Shown: positions 35,599-46,463 of the stretch, one piece after another
How the letters are laid out: each line of letters begins with the position of its first letter
Numbering within the stretch: position 1 is the stretch's first letter
DNA from: a virus
Length of the DNA stretch: 64,000 nt
Reading direction: 5' to 3' (one strand)
IMG/VR virus record: IMGVR_UViG_3300017783_000001
The notes under the pieces: generated by a model
The model's database searches: none
What the model saw: only the letters and a program-made list of their open reading frames with translations
Told to the model about the DNA's origin: nothing
Made by a program: the position numbers and the translations under genes

Positions 35599-36937
35599 AT
35601 TCTTTCTCCTGATTAGCGTCTACAATGTTTTGTGCTTTTTGCTCTACATCATACAATCTCATCTTACTTCTATCAACGCCAATAATAAAACTACGATTGA
35701 TTGAGGGATCGCTATATCTGTTCTTCAATTGTTTTACTTTCATTTGATTAAGACTATCTAACTCTTCGTTAGTCATCAAAGCAAACATAAAGTCAGCAGT
35801 AGCAGGTAGACCAAAACTTTCAGAAGTATCTTCTAATCCAATATCAGTAGATACAAAACCACTTCTTGTTGTTTGTGTAGCAGTAAATATAGGTAATTTA
35901 AATTCTACTGCAAGACCTCTTAACTCTTCTGCAATTGCTTTGATATAGAAATAAGATGATATGTTACCACCTTTAAATCTACTTGAAGCACATATGTTAA
36001 GATAATCTATGAATACAACATCAGGTTTAAAACTTTTCTTTAATGCAAGTTCATTTAATAATCCTTTAAAGTGTCCACTATGAGCAGACGCTGTAGGATA
36101 TTCTTTTACGATTAATGTACCAGGACTTTTTGCTTTTAACTTTTTAATTCTATCATCAAACATATCTTTAGGTAAAGCGTGTAAGTCATCTGTGGTAACA
36201 TCTAATAAATTACTATCAATTCTTTCTGCGATTCTTTCTTCTGCCATCTCCATTGTAATGTATAAAACATTCTTACCTTCAAGTAATGAAGTAGCAGCGA
36301 GGTGACACATAAACAAAGATTTACCTACACCAGTACCGGCAAGACATACATTCAATGTCTTCTGTGGCACACCGCCTTTAGTTATTCTATTGAAATATTG
36401 TAAATCAAAAGGAAGTCTTAATTCTTTCCTATGGTAATAATCAAATCTATCATCTGCATCCCCAATGTAATCGTGCCCAATGTGATTATCAAAAGACACA
36501 GCAAGAGCTTCAGATAAAATTGAAGGAATGGCCTCCGCATTTCTTTCCTTGTCTTTTCCATCCAAGATTTTAATGCCGTTAAGTACTGCATTGTTTACCG
36601 CCTTGTCTTTACAGAATTTCTCCGTAGTGTCAAACAACCATTGTATATCACTCTCTTGTGGAGTTAATCCGTTTATTGTTGTTTTAATAGCCTTAAACTC
36701 TTCCTCGTTAATATCTTTACGATTGTTTAATTCTATAATCAAGGTCTCTTTTGTAGGAAGATTATTATATTTAGTTATGAAATCATAGATTGATGTAAAT
36801 AAAAGTTTATCACTTCTTGTGCCAAAGTATTCATCTTTTAAAAACGGCAATACCTTTCTAGTATATTCTTCATTGAATATTAAGTTTGTCAGTATTGTGT
36901 CTTCAAGTCTATTTGTCATCAAGGATTGTTCCGTCAT
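35555..36937 (-). CDS. gp41: Replicative DNA helicase
   Basis: LAGTGVGKS, EMAEE, IDYL, IAEELRGLA, SESFGLPATAD, LKNRY. Confidence 0.97.
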   Translation of the reverse strand: MTEQSLMTNRLEDTILTNLIFNEEYTRKVLPFLKDEYFGTRSDKLLFTSIYDFITKYNNLPTKETLIIELNNRKDINEEEFKAIKTTINGLTPQESDIQWLFDTTEKFCKDKAVNNAVLNGIKILDGKDKERNAEAIPSILSEALAVSFDNHIGHDYIGDADDRFDYYHRKELRLPFDLQYFNRITKGGVPQKTLNVCLAGTGVGKSLFMCHLAATSLLEGKNVLYITMEMAEERIAERIDSNLLDVTTDDLHALPKDMFDDRIKKLKAKSPGTLIVKEYPTASAHSGHFKGLLNELALKKSFKPDVVFIDYLNICASSRFKGGNISSYFYIKAIAEELRGLAVEFKLPIFTATQTTRSGFVSTDIGLEDTSESFGLPATADFMFALMTNEELDSLNQMKVKQLKNRYSDPSINRSFIIGVDRSKMRLYDVEQKAQNIVDANQEKEFAEDPYDKFSDFKV

Positions 36938-37226
36938 TTATTCTCTCATCTAAAAGTTCAATTAATATATCACCAATATACACTAAAAATGCTTCTTTGT
37001 CAATATCCAAGTCAAGTTCTTCTGGTTTCTTTAATAGAGTCCATTCAAACTGCAAAGGCAACTTACCATCTGCGTTTTCTTCTTTTGCAAATTGTACTTT
37101 GCCGTACTTGTATATAACATCTTTGTACTTACCTTCAACGATTTTTATACAACTATAATCGTCTCCTGGTCTTTGTGCAAAAGTGTATCTTTTATCCGTA
37201 GAGGAATTTTCTTTTTGTTGCTTCAT
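36909..37226 (-). CDS. gp40: Head vertex assembly chaperone-like protein
   Basis: Position between uvsX and gp41; [15 protein letters not shown]. Confidence 0.6.
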   Translation of the reverse strand: MKQQKENSSTDKRYTFAQRPGDDYSCIKIVEGKYKDVIYKYGKVQFAKEENADGKLPLQFEWTLLKKPEELDLDIDKEAFLVYIGDILIELLDERINDGTILDDK

Positions 37227-38205
37227 CTATCTTCTCTAATATCTCTTTTGTAAAGTACTCTTCTGGATTGTCAATGATTGTTTTACCAAACACTTTCTTA
37301 CCATCAGGTGTTTCAATTCTAGTAGATACTTTTTTGAAGATACCTTCATCAACAGCAATATCTAATAGTCCATAGTATTTGTCTAAACCTTTTGTATAAG
37401 TTAACAATACATCAATTATAGCATTCTCTTTTGTTAACCTTGACTTATAGTTTTTACAATGAATAATATTACCGACAACTTCTGTGCCGTCTTTTACTTT
37501 TCTCTTTGATAGATAAACAATATTACTAGCGGCGTATTTCAATCCTGAACCACCACCCATTTCTTTTTGAGGGAACATAGAACCAATAACATCATAAGTG
37601 TGATTGGTCATAATCATAGGAATATTTGCTTTACCAAGTTTTAATGTTAAAACTCTAAATGTAGATTTGACAATTTGACTTCTTGTCATATCTCTTGTTT
37701 CTTTACCGTCAGCAGTATCTTCCATTTCTTTTGTAGTAGATAACATACCTAAACTATCTAATACAAACATAATAGGTTTTCTAGCACTCTCTGGTTGTTC
37801 TAGGTACTTGTCTACTACTTTGATTGCTTGTGCTCTAAATTCTTGTACGGTTGCAACTGGTACAACTACAAATCTTTTACTATCAATGCCTCTATCTTCA
37901 ATCATATTTTTAGATACGGCACTTTCACTTTCAAAGTAAATAACACCTGCGTCTTTATCTGATTCTAAAAAATGTTTACAGATACCTAATGCGAAAAATG
38001 TTTTACCTGTAGCAGCTTCACCTGCGATAGCAGTAATCTTATTACCTGGCATACCACCATATATACTGCCTGATAGTAAGGCATTTAATGAATAACAACC
38101 TGTATCAACAAAATTTGATACATCACCAGCATCCACACCTTCACTTGCAAGTGTGGCATATTCATTGCCAGTTTCTTTTATTATATCTTTTAAAAAATCA
38201 CTCAT
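37192..38205 (-). CDS. uvsX: RecA-like recombinase
   Basis: [26 protein letters not shown]. Confidence 0.95.
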   Translation of the reverse strand: MSDFLKDIIKETGNEYATLASEGVDAGDVSNFVDTGCYSLNALLSGSIYGGMPGNKITAIAGEAATGKTFFALGICKHFLESDKDAGVIYFESESAVSKNMIEDRGIDSKRFVVVPVATVQEFRAQAIKVVDKYLEQPESARKPIMFVLDSLGMLSTTKEMEDTADGKETRDMTRSQIVKSTFRVLTLKLGKANIPMIMTNHTYDVIGSMFPQKEMGGGSGLKYAASNIVYLSKRKVKDGTEVVGNIIHCKNYKSRLTKENAIIDVLLTYTKGLDKYYGLLDIAVDEGIFKKVSTRIETPDGKKVFGKTIIDNPEEYFTKEILEKIDEATKRKFLYG

Positions 38206-38229
38206 AGATTACTCCATTCAATTATCTAC

Positions 38230-38258
38230 ATTGTATACTAATATAGCTTATTTGTCAA
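38230..38258 (-). promoter_or_regulatory. Sigma70-type promoter
   Basis: TTGACA-N17-TACAAT. Confidence 0.75.
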
Positions 38259-38305
38259 CAGCCTGTTTTGTTTTTTTATGACTAGGCTTGTATACTTCAT
38301 TCTTA

Positions 38306-39538
38306 TCATAAAAAGTTTTCTAATGTACCTTTTCTACTACCAGAGAAGAAGTCATAATCCTTAGGACCAAAACACCAAACATTCTCAATATACTTCATTG
38401 CCATAAATTCGTTTAGTTCTTCTTTAGTTTTAAACTTTGCATTTCCTTGAGGTCGTTGCATAATAACCATACCGATTTGACCTAAAAACTTTTCTCTATG
38501 TCTATTTATTAACTCATCACTTGACCTATATCTTACATTCTTAATCTTTGGATCCATAATGTTAACTAACATAAACTTTGATTTGTTCATAGTCTTTTCT
38601 GCAACAGGTAAATAGAAGTCGTCTCTCCACTTCTCATATTCATTGAATTTAAACCACGATTGATTTTCTTCTTTCTCACCACCTTTATTATATTGTTCAG
38701 TACTAAAGTATGGTGGACTTGTAAAGGCACAATCTATATCTGGTAATTCATCATAAGGCAAATCTTCTGCACCACAATTATATATCTTAACTTTTTTATT
38801 AGGAAAGAATTTGCTATACTCTTCAATCTGTTTCATATATTGTTTATATGTGTTAGGGTTTGGGTCGCAACCATAATACTCTTCTGCATTACTACTAAAG
38901 AAACCTGCAAGTCTATCACCCCAACCACAAGAAGTATCTAGTACCGTTCTTGCCTTTGTCATATCATATAAAGTTTTTGCAACAACAGGTTTAAATTGTG
39001 TTGCAATATATGTACCTAATCTAAAGGCACTCATATATGTACCTTCTTTTAAATGTCGTTCACTATTAATACCACGCCAGATAGGACCTAGACAACGCCA
39101 TACATCTTTTGCATTACCATTTTGCCATACATCTATAGGTGCTTTGAAACCATAACTACTACAATTTAATCTTAAATGTTGATGAAAATAATTAGATGAT
39201 ATATTATATGTACTAGGAGCGTCAATCAATCCTAGACCATACTTATCAAAACCATATTCATAATCATCATACTTCTCAAATACTTTCTTTTCAATCTGTT
39301 CTTTAGGCGTACATATCTTTGAAGTATCAAACTTTGATAAGTCAATAATACTTTTTCTCATATCTTCATATGATATTTGTTTGAGAGGAAACTTTGGTCT
39401 TTCAGTAGCAATATATTCTGCTAGTAATTCTCTAAATTTTTCTTTACCTAGTTCTTCTGTCCATCTATCAAACTGGATAGTGTCCATAATAGGCAAACCG
39501 TTTTCATCAGCGTATTGTTTAAGGTCTAGGGTCTTCAT
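38306..39538 (-). CDS. Amino (N4-C/N6-A) DNA methyltransferase
   Basis: LDTSCGWGDR (motif I), FTSPPYF (motif IV). Confidence 0.85.
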   Translation of the reverse strand: MKTLDLKQYADENGLPIMDTIQFDRWTEELGKEKFRELLAEYIATERPKFPLKQISYEDMRKSIIDLSKFDTSKICTPKEQIEKKVFEKYDDYEYGFDKYGLGLIDAPSTYNISSNYFHQHLRLNCSSYGFKAPIDVWQNGNAKDVWRCLGPIWRGINSERHLKEGTYMSAFRLGTYIATQFKPVVAKTLYDMTKARTVLDTSCGWGDRLAGFFSSNAEEYYGCDPNPNTYKQYMKQIEEYSKFFPNKKVKIYNCGAEDLPYDELPDIDCAFTSPPYFSTEQYNKGGEKEENQSWFKFNEYEKWRDDFYLPVAEKTMNKSKFMLVNIMDPKIKNVRYRSSDELINRHREKFLGQIGMVIMQRPQGNAKFKTKEELNEFMAMKYIENVWCFGPKDYDFFSGSRKGTLENFL

Positions 39539-39591
39539 TATTCCACATCATTAATAAAATTATTGGTATTAAAAATATAATTATTAGTGTT

Positions 39592-39620
39592 AATATACTA
39601 TAAAAATACATCATTGTCAA
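39592..39620 (-). promoter_or_regulatory. Sigma70-type promoter for the methylase
   Basis: GCTTGACA-N17-TATATT. Confidence 0.65.
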
Positions 39621-40213
39621 GCACCCATACCTGGCCAACCTTCACTTAATCCAAGGTCTTCCCATTTAGTATTACTCTCTTGTACATTTAGGTAAGGAAA
39701 CTCACCATTGAGTAATTTATATTCATCTACATAACTTTTTTCTATCGTATGATAATCTACACTAATGTAATGATATTGATAGTCACCATTCATTTTTTGT
39801 ATTTGGACTTTAACTTCTGGTAGATTATAATAATAAACTTCTATTGTTTTACCTGCTTTGACTTGTTGATTGATATAGTTCCATACTGCATAAGTTCTTT
39901 TAGAATTACCTTCTCTAAAACCACCTAGATAAGCATTGATTGTACCTTCAATACCACCTTTAGTTTGACTACCACCAATCTTAACTATTTTATCATCACA
40001 AGTAATAATGTATATTTTACCACAGGAATTTTGTCGTTCTTGTTTTGATACTGCAAACTTAACTTTCAATGGTGTTTCTGGTAGATGTAAATAACCTGGG
40101 TCTTTATATATCTGTCCTAAACATAACCAGTTGTCTAGTTTTAATTGTTGAATTTTATTTTTCTTTGCATATCCTAATTGTTCGGCAAGAGCATTCATAC
40201 TTCGTTCCCCCAA
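39617..40213 (-). CDS. GIY-YIG nuclease (Hpy188I/EndoII-like)
   Basis: GKIYII..D.KIVKIG, conserved E in TIEK, FPYLN. Confidence 0.65.
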   Translation of the reverse strand: MGERSMNALAEQLGYAKKNKIQQLKLDNWLCLGQIYKDPGYLHLPETPLKVKFAVSKQERQNSCGKIYIITCDDKIVKIGGSQTKGGIEGTINAYLGGFREGNSKRTYAVWNYINQQVKAGKTIEVYYYNLPEVKVQIQKMNGDYQYHYISVDYHTIEKSYVDEYKLLNGEFPYLNVQESNTKWEDLGLSEGWPGMGA

Positions 40214-40734
40214 CTATCCCAACCTTCTCTCTTCTGTCTTGCAAAGAGTTCAATGTATGGACCGTTTAATAAGTTTTCAATATGTGTATACATTATATCT
40301 GGTTTCTTACTATGTCGTTCTCTTTGTGATACGACTAATTGTGGTACTGATTTAGATTTTCTTTTAGGTTTACCTTTAGTTGCAAGTAAACACATTTCAG
40401 GATTACCTCTAGTCCAATATCCTAAACCTGTAAAGAAACCTAGTTTATTCTTATTTGTTTTTGCCCAAGTAAATCCTACCGTCTTATACTGAAAACCCCA
40501 GGCGTCTATTACATCAAATGCTAAATCTAAACTATGGTCAACAACCCACATCAATAAAGTACAATTGTCATCTGCAATATCTTTTACTGGTAAGTCTGTT
40601 ATATCTTTAAGTTCTAAAGTCTGATAGTGTTGACTAGGATTTCTGTCATCACCTTTCGGACTAAACGATTTAAAAGACCACGGTGGGTCTGCATAGATTA
40701 CACTATACTTTTTTTTCGGTAAGTTTATACTCAA
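40195..40734 (-). CDS. MT-A70 family adenine methyltransferase
   Basis: IYADPPW, LLMW, WGFQY, HSKKP, IELFAR, GWDSWGNE. Confidence 0.92.
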   Translation of the reverse strand: MSINLPKKKYSVIYADPPWSFKSFSPKGDDRNPSQHYQTLELKDITDLPVKDIADDNCTLLMWVVDHSLDLAFDVIDAWGFQYKTVGFTWAKTNKNKLGFFTGLGYWTRGNPEMCLLATKGKPKRKSKSVPQLVVSQRERHSKKPDIMYTHIENLLNGPYIELFARQKREGWDSWGNEV

Positions 40735-41200
40735 AATTTTGCGTCTCTTTGTTAATTAATATTTGTTTTGCACCATTACGAATATGAAAGTGTGTTGCCA
40801 TAGGTGTAAGAGGTGATAATGTTACCACTCTTTCAATGTGATTTGCTTTTGCATATTCTAATACCTTATTAATAATCTCTTTACCTGCACCTCGTTTACG
40901 AGACCATACCGTGTATGCAATAGCATTTCGTTTCTCGTTCTTTAGGTCTGCAAGTTCAGACATCATATCTAATTCTTTTACACTTGTAGGAATATCATTT
41001 GTAAACGCAATACAAATAATGCCTTCAATCTCTTCATTATATTTTAAACCAAATATCTTTCTACCTTTAGTAATACGCCAACCTAATGTTAGTTCAGGTC
41101 TTACTGGATCCTCTGATACATCAATGTCATCTAACTCTACTAGTTCAGTTCCATTAACCCATCTAAAAAAATCATCTGTCTTATCTTTAAAAAATTTCAT
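40703..41200 (-). CDS. GNAT-fold-like conserved phage protein
   Basis: DPVRP, YTVWSRKRGAG, VTLSP, FHIRNGA. Confidence 0.55.
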   Translation of the reverse strand: MKFFKDKTDDFFRWVNGTELVELDDIDVSEDPVRPELTLGWRITKGRKIFGLKYNEEIEGIICIAFTNDIPTSVKELDMMSELADLKNEKRNAIAYTVWSRKRGAGKEIINKVLEYAKANHIERVVTLSPLTPMATHFHIRNGAKQILINKETQNFEYKLTEKKV

Positions 41201-41202
41201 CT

Positions 41203-41340
41203 TTAACTCATAGTTGCTATTTTAATTAATATACAAGATAACAAAAACGCTGGTGTTGTAATTCTTGTATATGCTATTGTTCTTCCAAGATTGTAACCAA
41301 TCAATAAACATAACCATATCGTAAATAAATCGTATGGCAT
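41203..41340 (-). CDS. Small membrane protein (45 aa)
   Basis: Read manually; TAATG coupling to gp43. Confidence 0.5.
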   Translation of the reverse strand: MPYDLFTIWLCLLIGYNLGRTIAYTRITTPAFLLSCILIKIATMS

Positions 41341-43832
41341 TATCCGAAAAATTGTTCCAAACTTGCTTGTGGTTCAGCGTGCCAACCTATCGCACCAAGA
41401 ATAAATCTCATTGGGTCTAGGAATGTTTTTTCAAACTGCACCTCGTAATCTATATAGTCTTGCAACTTAAACTCTCTAGGTAATGTGGACAAATAAGCAC
41501 ACACATTAAACTTGAAAGGATTAGGTTCTTTCAACAATATAAATTTGATTTTATCACCTTCTTGTATCAACGGATACCTTTGGTCTAAATTCTGATTTTT
41601 CAAATGCCAATTATAAATCAAACTACCTTTGATATGAATAGGTGTACCTTTGATGAATATATCACTTGAAGATGAGTACTTTCTCAAATTATTACAACTT
41701 CTAGGAAATGCAATTTGTTCAGGTTCGTACTTCTTATAAATTTCTTTGAAATCTGAAATGTAATTATGTAATGCGTCTTCATCTTTATTCATAATCAATC
41801 TGATTGCTTCTTTAATTGCAACACGACAAACTTCTGGTGTTGAAGATTTTACTGCTTCAATACCCATAATCTTTAGTTTAGGTTCTTCAAAACGGAAACC
41901 TTCTTCATCTAGCACATTCAACATATATCTTTTCTTGGCAGTCCAGATACCTTTGTCTGCGATAACTTCTCGTTTCATAACCATCTTCTGTTGAAACGCA
42001 TTTGTATAACCTGCGACTTCTTCAAAACACTTTTCAATAAATGGTTCAATCTTACCTTTTGCAACCTTATCAACAAAGTTTAGTTTCTGTTCTTTAGTTT
42101 TATCTTTACAAAACTTATCTACTAATTTGTCTAGGCACAAATAGATACTATCAGTATCAGAAGCAACAATATAATCAATCTTATCTTTTGTTTGTAATAT
42201 ATCATTTACATATTTGTTGACTTGTTGTTCAACATACTGAATAATAAACTGACCAGCAGTTGTAATTGCTGACGCTTGATTGACATTGTAAAATCTAAAA
42301 TACTGATTACCGATTGCACCATAAGCACTATTCAATGAAATCTTTTTTGCCCATTGAATATTATGACAACGAGATATTTCTTTCTCATAGATTGGGTCTT
42401 TTGTTTTTTGAAATTCTTTCTTTGCCTGAAATTCTAATTGTTTGTAATGTACTCTATCATTATACATACCTTCCATAATCTTCGGTAAGAAACCTTGACT
42501 ATCTGTTTTAAACATTGCACCGTTAGGTGTAATAGTTGCACCTTGTGTTTGTAAATGTGTAAGAGGTGTAGCGTGTTTTAATAACTTGTCTACAGATATA
42601 CCATTAGGTTTAACACCAATCATCTTTTCAGGACTAATATTATATTGCATAATCAAATGAGGATATAGTGAGTTAATATCAAACGATACAATCCATTTGT
42701 GTTGACCAACTTGTGGTGTCTTAACATATGCACCGACATATTTCTCTTCTTTAATATTATCAGTACGAGGAGGAATATGTACATTGTCTTTTAATAGATG
42801 ATTGTAAATTAATGTATCCCAAAGTCTAACTTCTGAAAACACATCTGTATAATTGACTTTTGCCTCATAGGCCATAGTCATAATCAATTCAATCAATCTT
42901 AACTTATCTTCTAGTTTATCAACGAGTTCAACATCTTTAATATTGTACTCAACGAAAGATTGAAAATCATTCTTATACCACTCTCTAAAAGTTTCATATG
43001 GATTATTATCTTTACCATCACCACCTAATTCTACCTTTGCGATATAATCAAGTTTATAACTTTCTTGTCTAGTCGGAATAAATTTTATGTACAAGTCTAG
43101 GTAATCTAAATTAGATATACCTGTAATCTTAAATATTGTTTGTTGTCTACCTCTAACGGTTAGTTTCTCTTCTTCAATCAAACCCCAAGGCGATAGTTTA
43201 TTAATAACTTTATCACCTACAAGTCTTTTAGTTCTATTACATAGATATGGTATATCAAAAAATTTAGTATTCCAACCTGTAATAACATCAGGATAATTCT
43301 TCATCCAGAATTTGAAAAACTCCATTAACAATTGTTTTTCATTAGCACATTCTACATAGGTAACATTATCTTGTTTGACAAGAAATGGTTTAGTACCCCA
43401 AGTAATAATTTGTTTGTTAGATTGATTTTTAATTGTAAGACAAATAATTTCTTCTGTCGGATTTTCTACATCAGGAAAACCACCTTCAGCAGTTGTTTCA
43501 ATATCAATTGTAAAGATTTTAATTAAACTTTTATCAAACTCAATTTGTTTTGGATATTCTTTACTGATATATTGAAAGTGCCATCTATCATTACCATATA
43601 GTGGACTATTAGAAGTTGCATAACTTCTTTTAAATTCTCTTGCTTTTGAAATACTTTCAAAGGTAATAGGTTTTAGATTGTTGCCTTGTAAAGTTTTATG
43701 ATTAGTTTCTTCTTGTGTTTGTGCATACATTGTAGGTCTAAAAGAAACCTTTTCTTTAAACTCTTGTCCGTCGTATATACCACGAACCAACAATTTACCT
43801 CTATGTTCAACTACATCTTTATAAAAATTCAC
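41340..43832 (-). CDS. gp43: Family B DNA polymerase
   Basis: DIET exonuclease I, SFDINSLYP, KISLNSAYG, ASDTDS, KKRY; no intein. Confidence 0.98.
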   Translation of the reverse strand: MNFYKDVVEHRGKLLVRGIYDGQEFKEKVSFRPTMYAQTQEETNHKTLQGNNLKPITFESISKAREFKRSYATSNSPLYGNDRWHFQYISKEYPKQIEFDKSLIKIFTIDIETTAEGGFPDVENPTEEIICLTIKNQSNKQIITWGTKPFLVKQDNVTYVECANEKQLLMEFFKFWMKNYPDVITGWNTKFFDIPYLCNRTKRLVGDKVINKLSPWGLIEEEKLTVRGRQQTIFKITGISNLDYLDLYIKFIPTRQESYKLDYIAKVELGGDGKDNNPYETFREWYKNDFQSFVEYNIKDVELVDKLEDKLRLIELIMTMAYEAKVNYTDVFSEVRLWDTLIYNHLLKDNVHIPPRTDNIKEEKYVGAYVKTPQVGQHKWIVSFDINSLYPHLIMQYNISPEKMIGVKPNGISVDKLLKHATPLTHLQTQGATITPNGAMFKTDSQGFLPKIMEGMYNDRVHYKQLEFQAKKEFQKTKDPIYEKEISRCHNIQWAKKISLNSAYGAIGNQYFRFYNVNQASAITTAGQFIIQYVEQQVNKYVNDILQTKDKIDYIVASDTDSIYLCLDKLVDKFCKDKTKEQKLNFVDKVAKGKIEPFIEKCFEEVAGYTNAFQQKMVMKREVIADKGIWTAKKRYMLNVLDEEGFRFEEPKLKIMGIEAVKSSTPEVCRVAIKEAIRLIMNKDEDALHNYISDFKEIYKKYEPEQIAFPRSCNNLRKYSSSSDIFIKGTPIHIKGSLIYNWHLKNQNLDQRYPLIQEGDKIKFILLKEPNPFKFNVCAYLSTLPREFKLQDYIDYEVQFEKTFLDPMRFILGAIGWHAEPQASLEQFFG

Positions 43833-44197
43833 TACACACTCTCCATACTTCTCAAATATATTTTCAAATTGTTATGTTTCTTTTCTAACATAACATTACA
43901 ACCTAGTCTGGAATACATTCTATCATATTCCATATTCATTTCTAATATCTCATTTTCTAAACTATTATACTCTACTCTTCCTACTTTGTCAATATCCTCT
44001 CGTATATTAATATGACAAGTACCACAAGCAGTACACCCACCACAATCGCCTGGTACTTCATCAATCGTAGGTTCGGCAAATGTTCTTGCCGCCTCCATAA
44101 TTGTATAACCTGTAGGTACTATAACTTGTTGTGTCTTGCCGTTCTTACTTATGAAGTTAATAGTTATAGTATCCTTTGTTTGGATACTATCACTCAT
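43832..44197 (-). CDS. 2Fe-2S ferredoxin (ISC/adrenodoxin type)
   Basis: CGGCTACGTCH...SRLGC. Confidence 0.9.
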   Translation of the reverse strand: MSDSIQTKDTITINFISKNGKTQQVIVPTGYTIMEAARTFAEPTIDEVPGDCGGCTACGTCHINIREDIDKVGRVEYNSLENEILEMNMEYDRMYSRLGCNVMLEKKHNNLKIYLRSMESV

Positions 44198-44496
44198 TAA
44201 GTTATTAAACCTGGTCCAGTTAAAATTTTAGAAACTGATTGTTCATATGACGCAAGTAAATCCTGTTTAGGTTCTACTACCGTTATAATCTTATCATCTT
44301 TAAATTTTATTTCTTCTGTTTCTGCATACGGAATGTATGTGAACATACCAAATTTAATTGCTTCGCCTGGTTTAGGCGCTGATGTTGGATAAATGATGTA
44401 AGGTTTTTTAACAACTACTTCACCATTGCCTTGACTGAAATCGCCAATTATATCTTCACCTGTAATTATTCGTACTATCTTTATATTTTTTTGCAT
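44197..44496 (-). CDS. Sm-like conserved T4-like protein
   Basis: IKIVRIITGEDII, PYA, EPKQDL..Y. Confidence 0.7.
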   Translation of the reverse strand: MQKNIKIVRIITGEDIIGDFSQGNGEVVVKKPYIIYPTSAPKPGEAIKFGMFTYIPYAETEEIKFKDDKIITVVEPKQDLLASYEQSVSKILTGPGLIT

Positions 44497-44520
44497 AATA
44501 TCTCCATTATATATTAGTTG

Positions 44521-46014
44521 TTAGTCTTTGTCAATAGGTGGTAATCGTTTTGATAAAACAAATGTTCTATTAGGATTAACAGACGCATTGAATAATCTGA
44601 TTACTTCTCTATTTAGTAATACATCTGAACCAGACCTTGGTCGTTGGTCAAGTCCAAATTCTATATCAGGATATGTGAAACCGTTAAAGGTAAGTGGTAA
44701 TTGAATTGTTGTTCTAGTTTCTGATGGTTCTTCACCTTCTGCATTAGCACGAAAGACTTTACTCTCCCCGTACTTCGGTGCTGAATATGTCTTACCATTA
44801 TACTTCCAGGTTACCTTTTTACCTTCTACTTTAATATTTTCAGCGTGCATTGAACAAGCGTGAGCACCGTTACCAGTATCCATTTTTGCTCTCATCTTAC
44901 CGATGTCGCCTACTTCTATTGTTTCTAACCAACCTACTTCTGAAATAGATTGTCTGTCCCAATTCTTTCTTTCTGATAACCATTTAATTAAGTTAGTTAC
45001 CAGTTTATCTCCTTTGATTGCACCACTATTTTCTGGATCCGAATAGAAGTCTTTATAAACATATCCTTCGTATTCTGCACCAGTACCAGGTGAACCATTG
45101 ACTTCTAATACATAAGGTTTTCCTTTGTGTATAATGTGGTCAACTCCACATAGATACGCCTTGGACGCCCTGCTGGCTCGTAGTATGATGTCTATTTCCT
45201 CGTCTTTCAACTTATAAGGAACAGCGTCAGCACCTCTATGTGTATTAGTTCTAAAATCGTCTGAGCCTTGAATTCTTTTTGTACTTGCAAAGATTTTATT
45301 ATCTACTACAAATGTTCTAATGTCAAAATCACTTGGCATAAATTCTTGTATTAACAATTCTGCACCGTGTTTCCATAGTGCCTGAATAGTTGATACTAGT
45401 CCGTCATAACTATCTACCTTTACAACACCGATACCTTGTGTACCAGTTAATGACTTTAAGATTACAGGAAACTTATCTACACCACCAATTAATTCTAATG
45501 CGTCATCTATATTTTTTTCGTTAGATATAAATGCTGTTTTAGGTGTTGGTATACCAAACTTCTCAAATAGTAAAGCAGAAGTAAGTTTGTTATTACAAGT
45601 TAACATTGCGTTTCTTGTATTACACATAAATGAACCAGAGTTTTGAAAAGCAGAAACGATTGATAAACCACTTTCATCTTCTACAGAACCTGCTCTAGTA
45701 ATACAAACGGTATCTTTACCTATAAATGTATATTCAGTATCTTTACCATCAAAATTATAAACGGTTAAAGTATTTTTTTCTTCGTCTTTACCTGTGATAA
45801 TAGCGTGTCTAGTTTCAATAACTATACACTTAATCTTTAATTTTTCGCAAGCGTCATTGATTAACTTAACCGTCAGTTCTTTACTTTCCTTACCACCAAC
45901 TTTTCTCTTCTTCAAGTCAGGATTAGTTTTAGTAATTACTGCAATTGTGATTGGTTTGTTTTCTCTATCTAAAGTTTGTTCAGATAAGAAATCGGTAAAG
46001 TTTTGTACTTGCAT
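44521..46014 (-). CDS. RimK-family ATP-grasp ligase fused to a RimB-like retropepsin protease
   Basis: IPTPKT, GTQGIGV, IQEF, DIR, FRTNTHRG, GVD, LEVNGSPG; C-terminal AKMDTGNG...LLNR. Confidence 0.88.
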   Translation of the reverse strand: MQVQNFTDFLSEQTLDRENKPITIAVITKTNPDLKKRKVGGKESKELTVKLINDACEKLKIKCIVIETRHAIITGKDEEKNTLTVYNFDGKDTEYTFIGKDTVCITRAGSVEDESGLSIVSAFQNSGSFMCNTRNAMLTCNNKLTSALLFEKFGIPTPKTAFISNEKNIDDALELIGGVDKFPVILKSLTGTQGIGVVKVDSYDGLVSTIQALWKHGAELLIQEFMPSDFDIRTFVVDNKIFASTKRIQGSDDFRTNTHRGADAVPYKLKDEEIDIILRASRASKAYLCGVDHIIHKGKPYVLEVNGSPGTGAEYEGYVYKDFYSDPENSGAIKGDKLVTNLIKWLSERKNWDRQSISEVGWLETIEVGDIGKMRAKMDTGNGAHACSMHAENIKVEGKKVTWKYNGKTYSAPKYGESKVFRANAEGEEPSETRTTIQLPLTFNGFTYPDIEFGLDQRPRSGSDVLLNREVIRLFNASVNPNRTFVLSKRLPPIDKD

Positions 46015-46463
46015 TATTGACCTTCATTTGAAACTGCTTTATCTTCTGTTTTTTCATCTAACTTTTTACCAATATTATATTTGGCAGATAGATTCCACTC
46101 TTTCTTTTCTTTGAAAGGTAGTACTTTGATTTGTGATAAAGGTGCTTTGGTTGTAGCGTCCTCTGGTTTCACTATAGTTATTAAGTTCCAGTCAGTAAGT
46201 AATACTGCAATAGTATTTCTTCTCTGGATATCATTGTCGGTCAAGGTTGCTTTCTTACCATCAAGGGCAAATAATTCTTTGAAGTGTACAATATAGTACT
46301 TACCTTGTTTGTGTAATATGTGGCAACTTTGAAATAGTGTTTTGTCTTTACGACTAGCAACACCAATTCTTGTTAGTGTTTCTCTTACTTTTAGGAAATC
46401 GTCAGGCTGCTTGATTGTAACCTCTAGCATATCTTCCGGTGACCATTTTACATTGTCTGTCAT
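46014..46463 (-). CDS. regA: Translational repressor
   Basis: DDFLKVRETLTRIGVAS, QSCHILHKQGKYYIVHFKELF. Confidence 0.97.
   Translation of the reverse strand: MTDNVKWSPEDMLEVTIKQPDDFLKVRETLTRIGVASRKDKTLFQSCHILHKQGKYYIVHFKELFALDGKKATLTDNDIQRRNTIAVLLTDWNLITIVKPEDATTKAPLSQIKVLPFKEKKEWNLSAKYNIGKKLDEKTEDKAVSNEGQ

Noticed and set aside
9398-43832. Introns or inteins in nrdA, nrdB, gp41, uvsX or gp43
   Set aside because: All are continuous and of normal length
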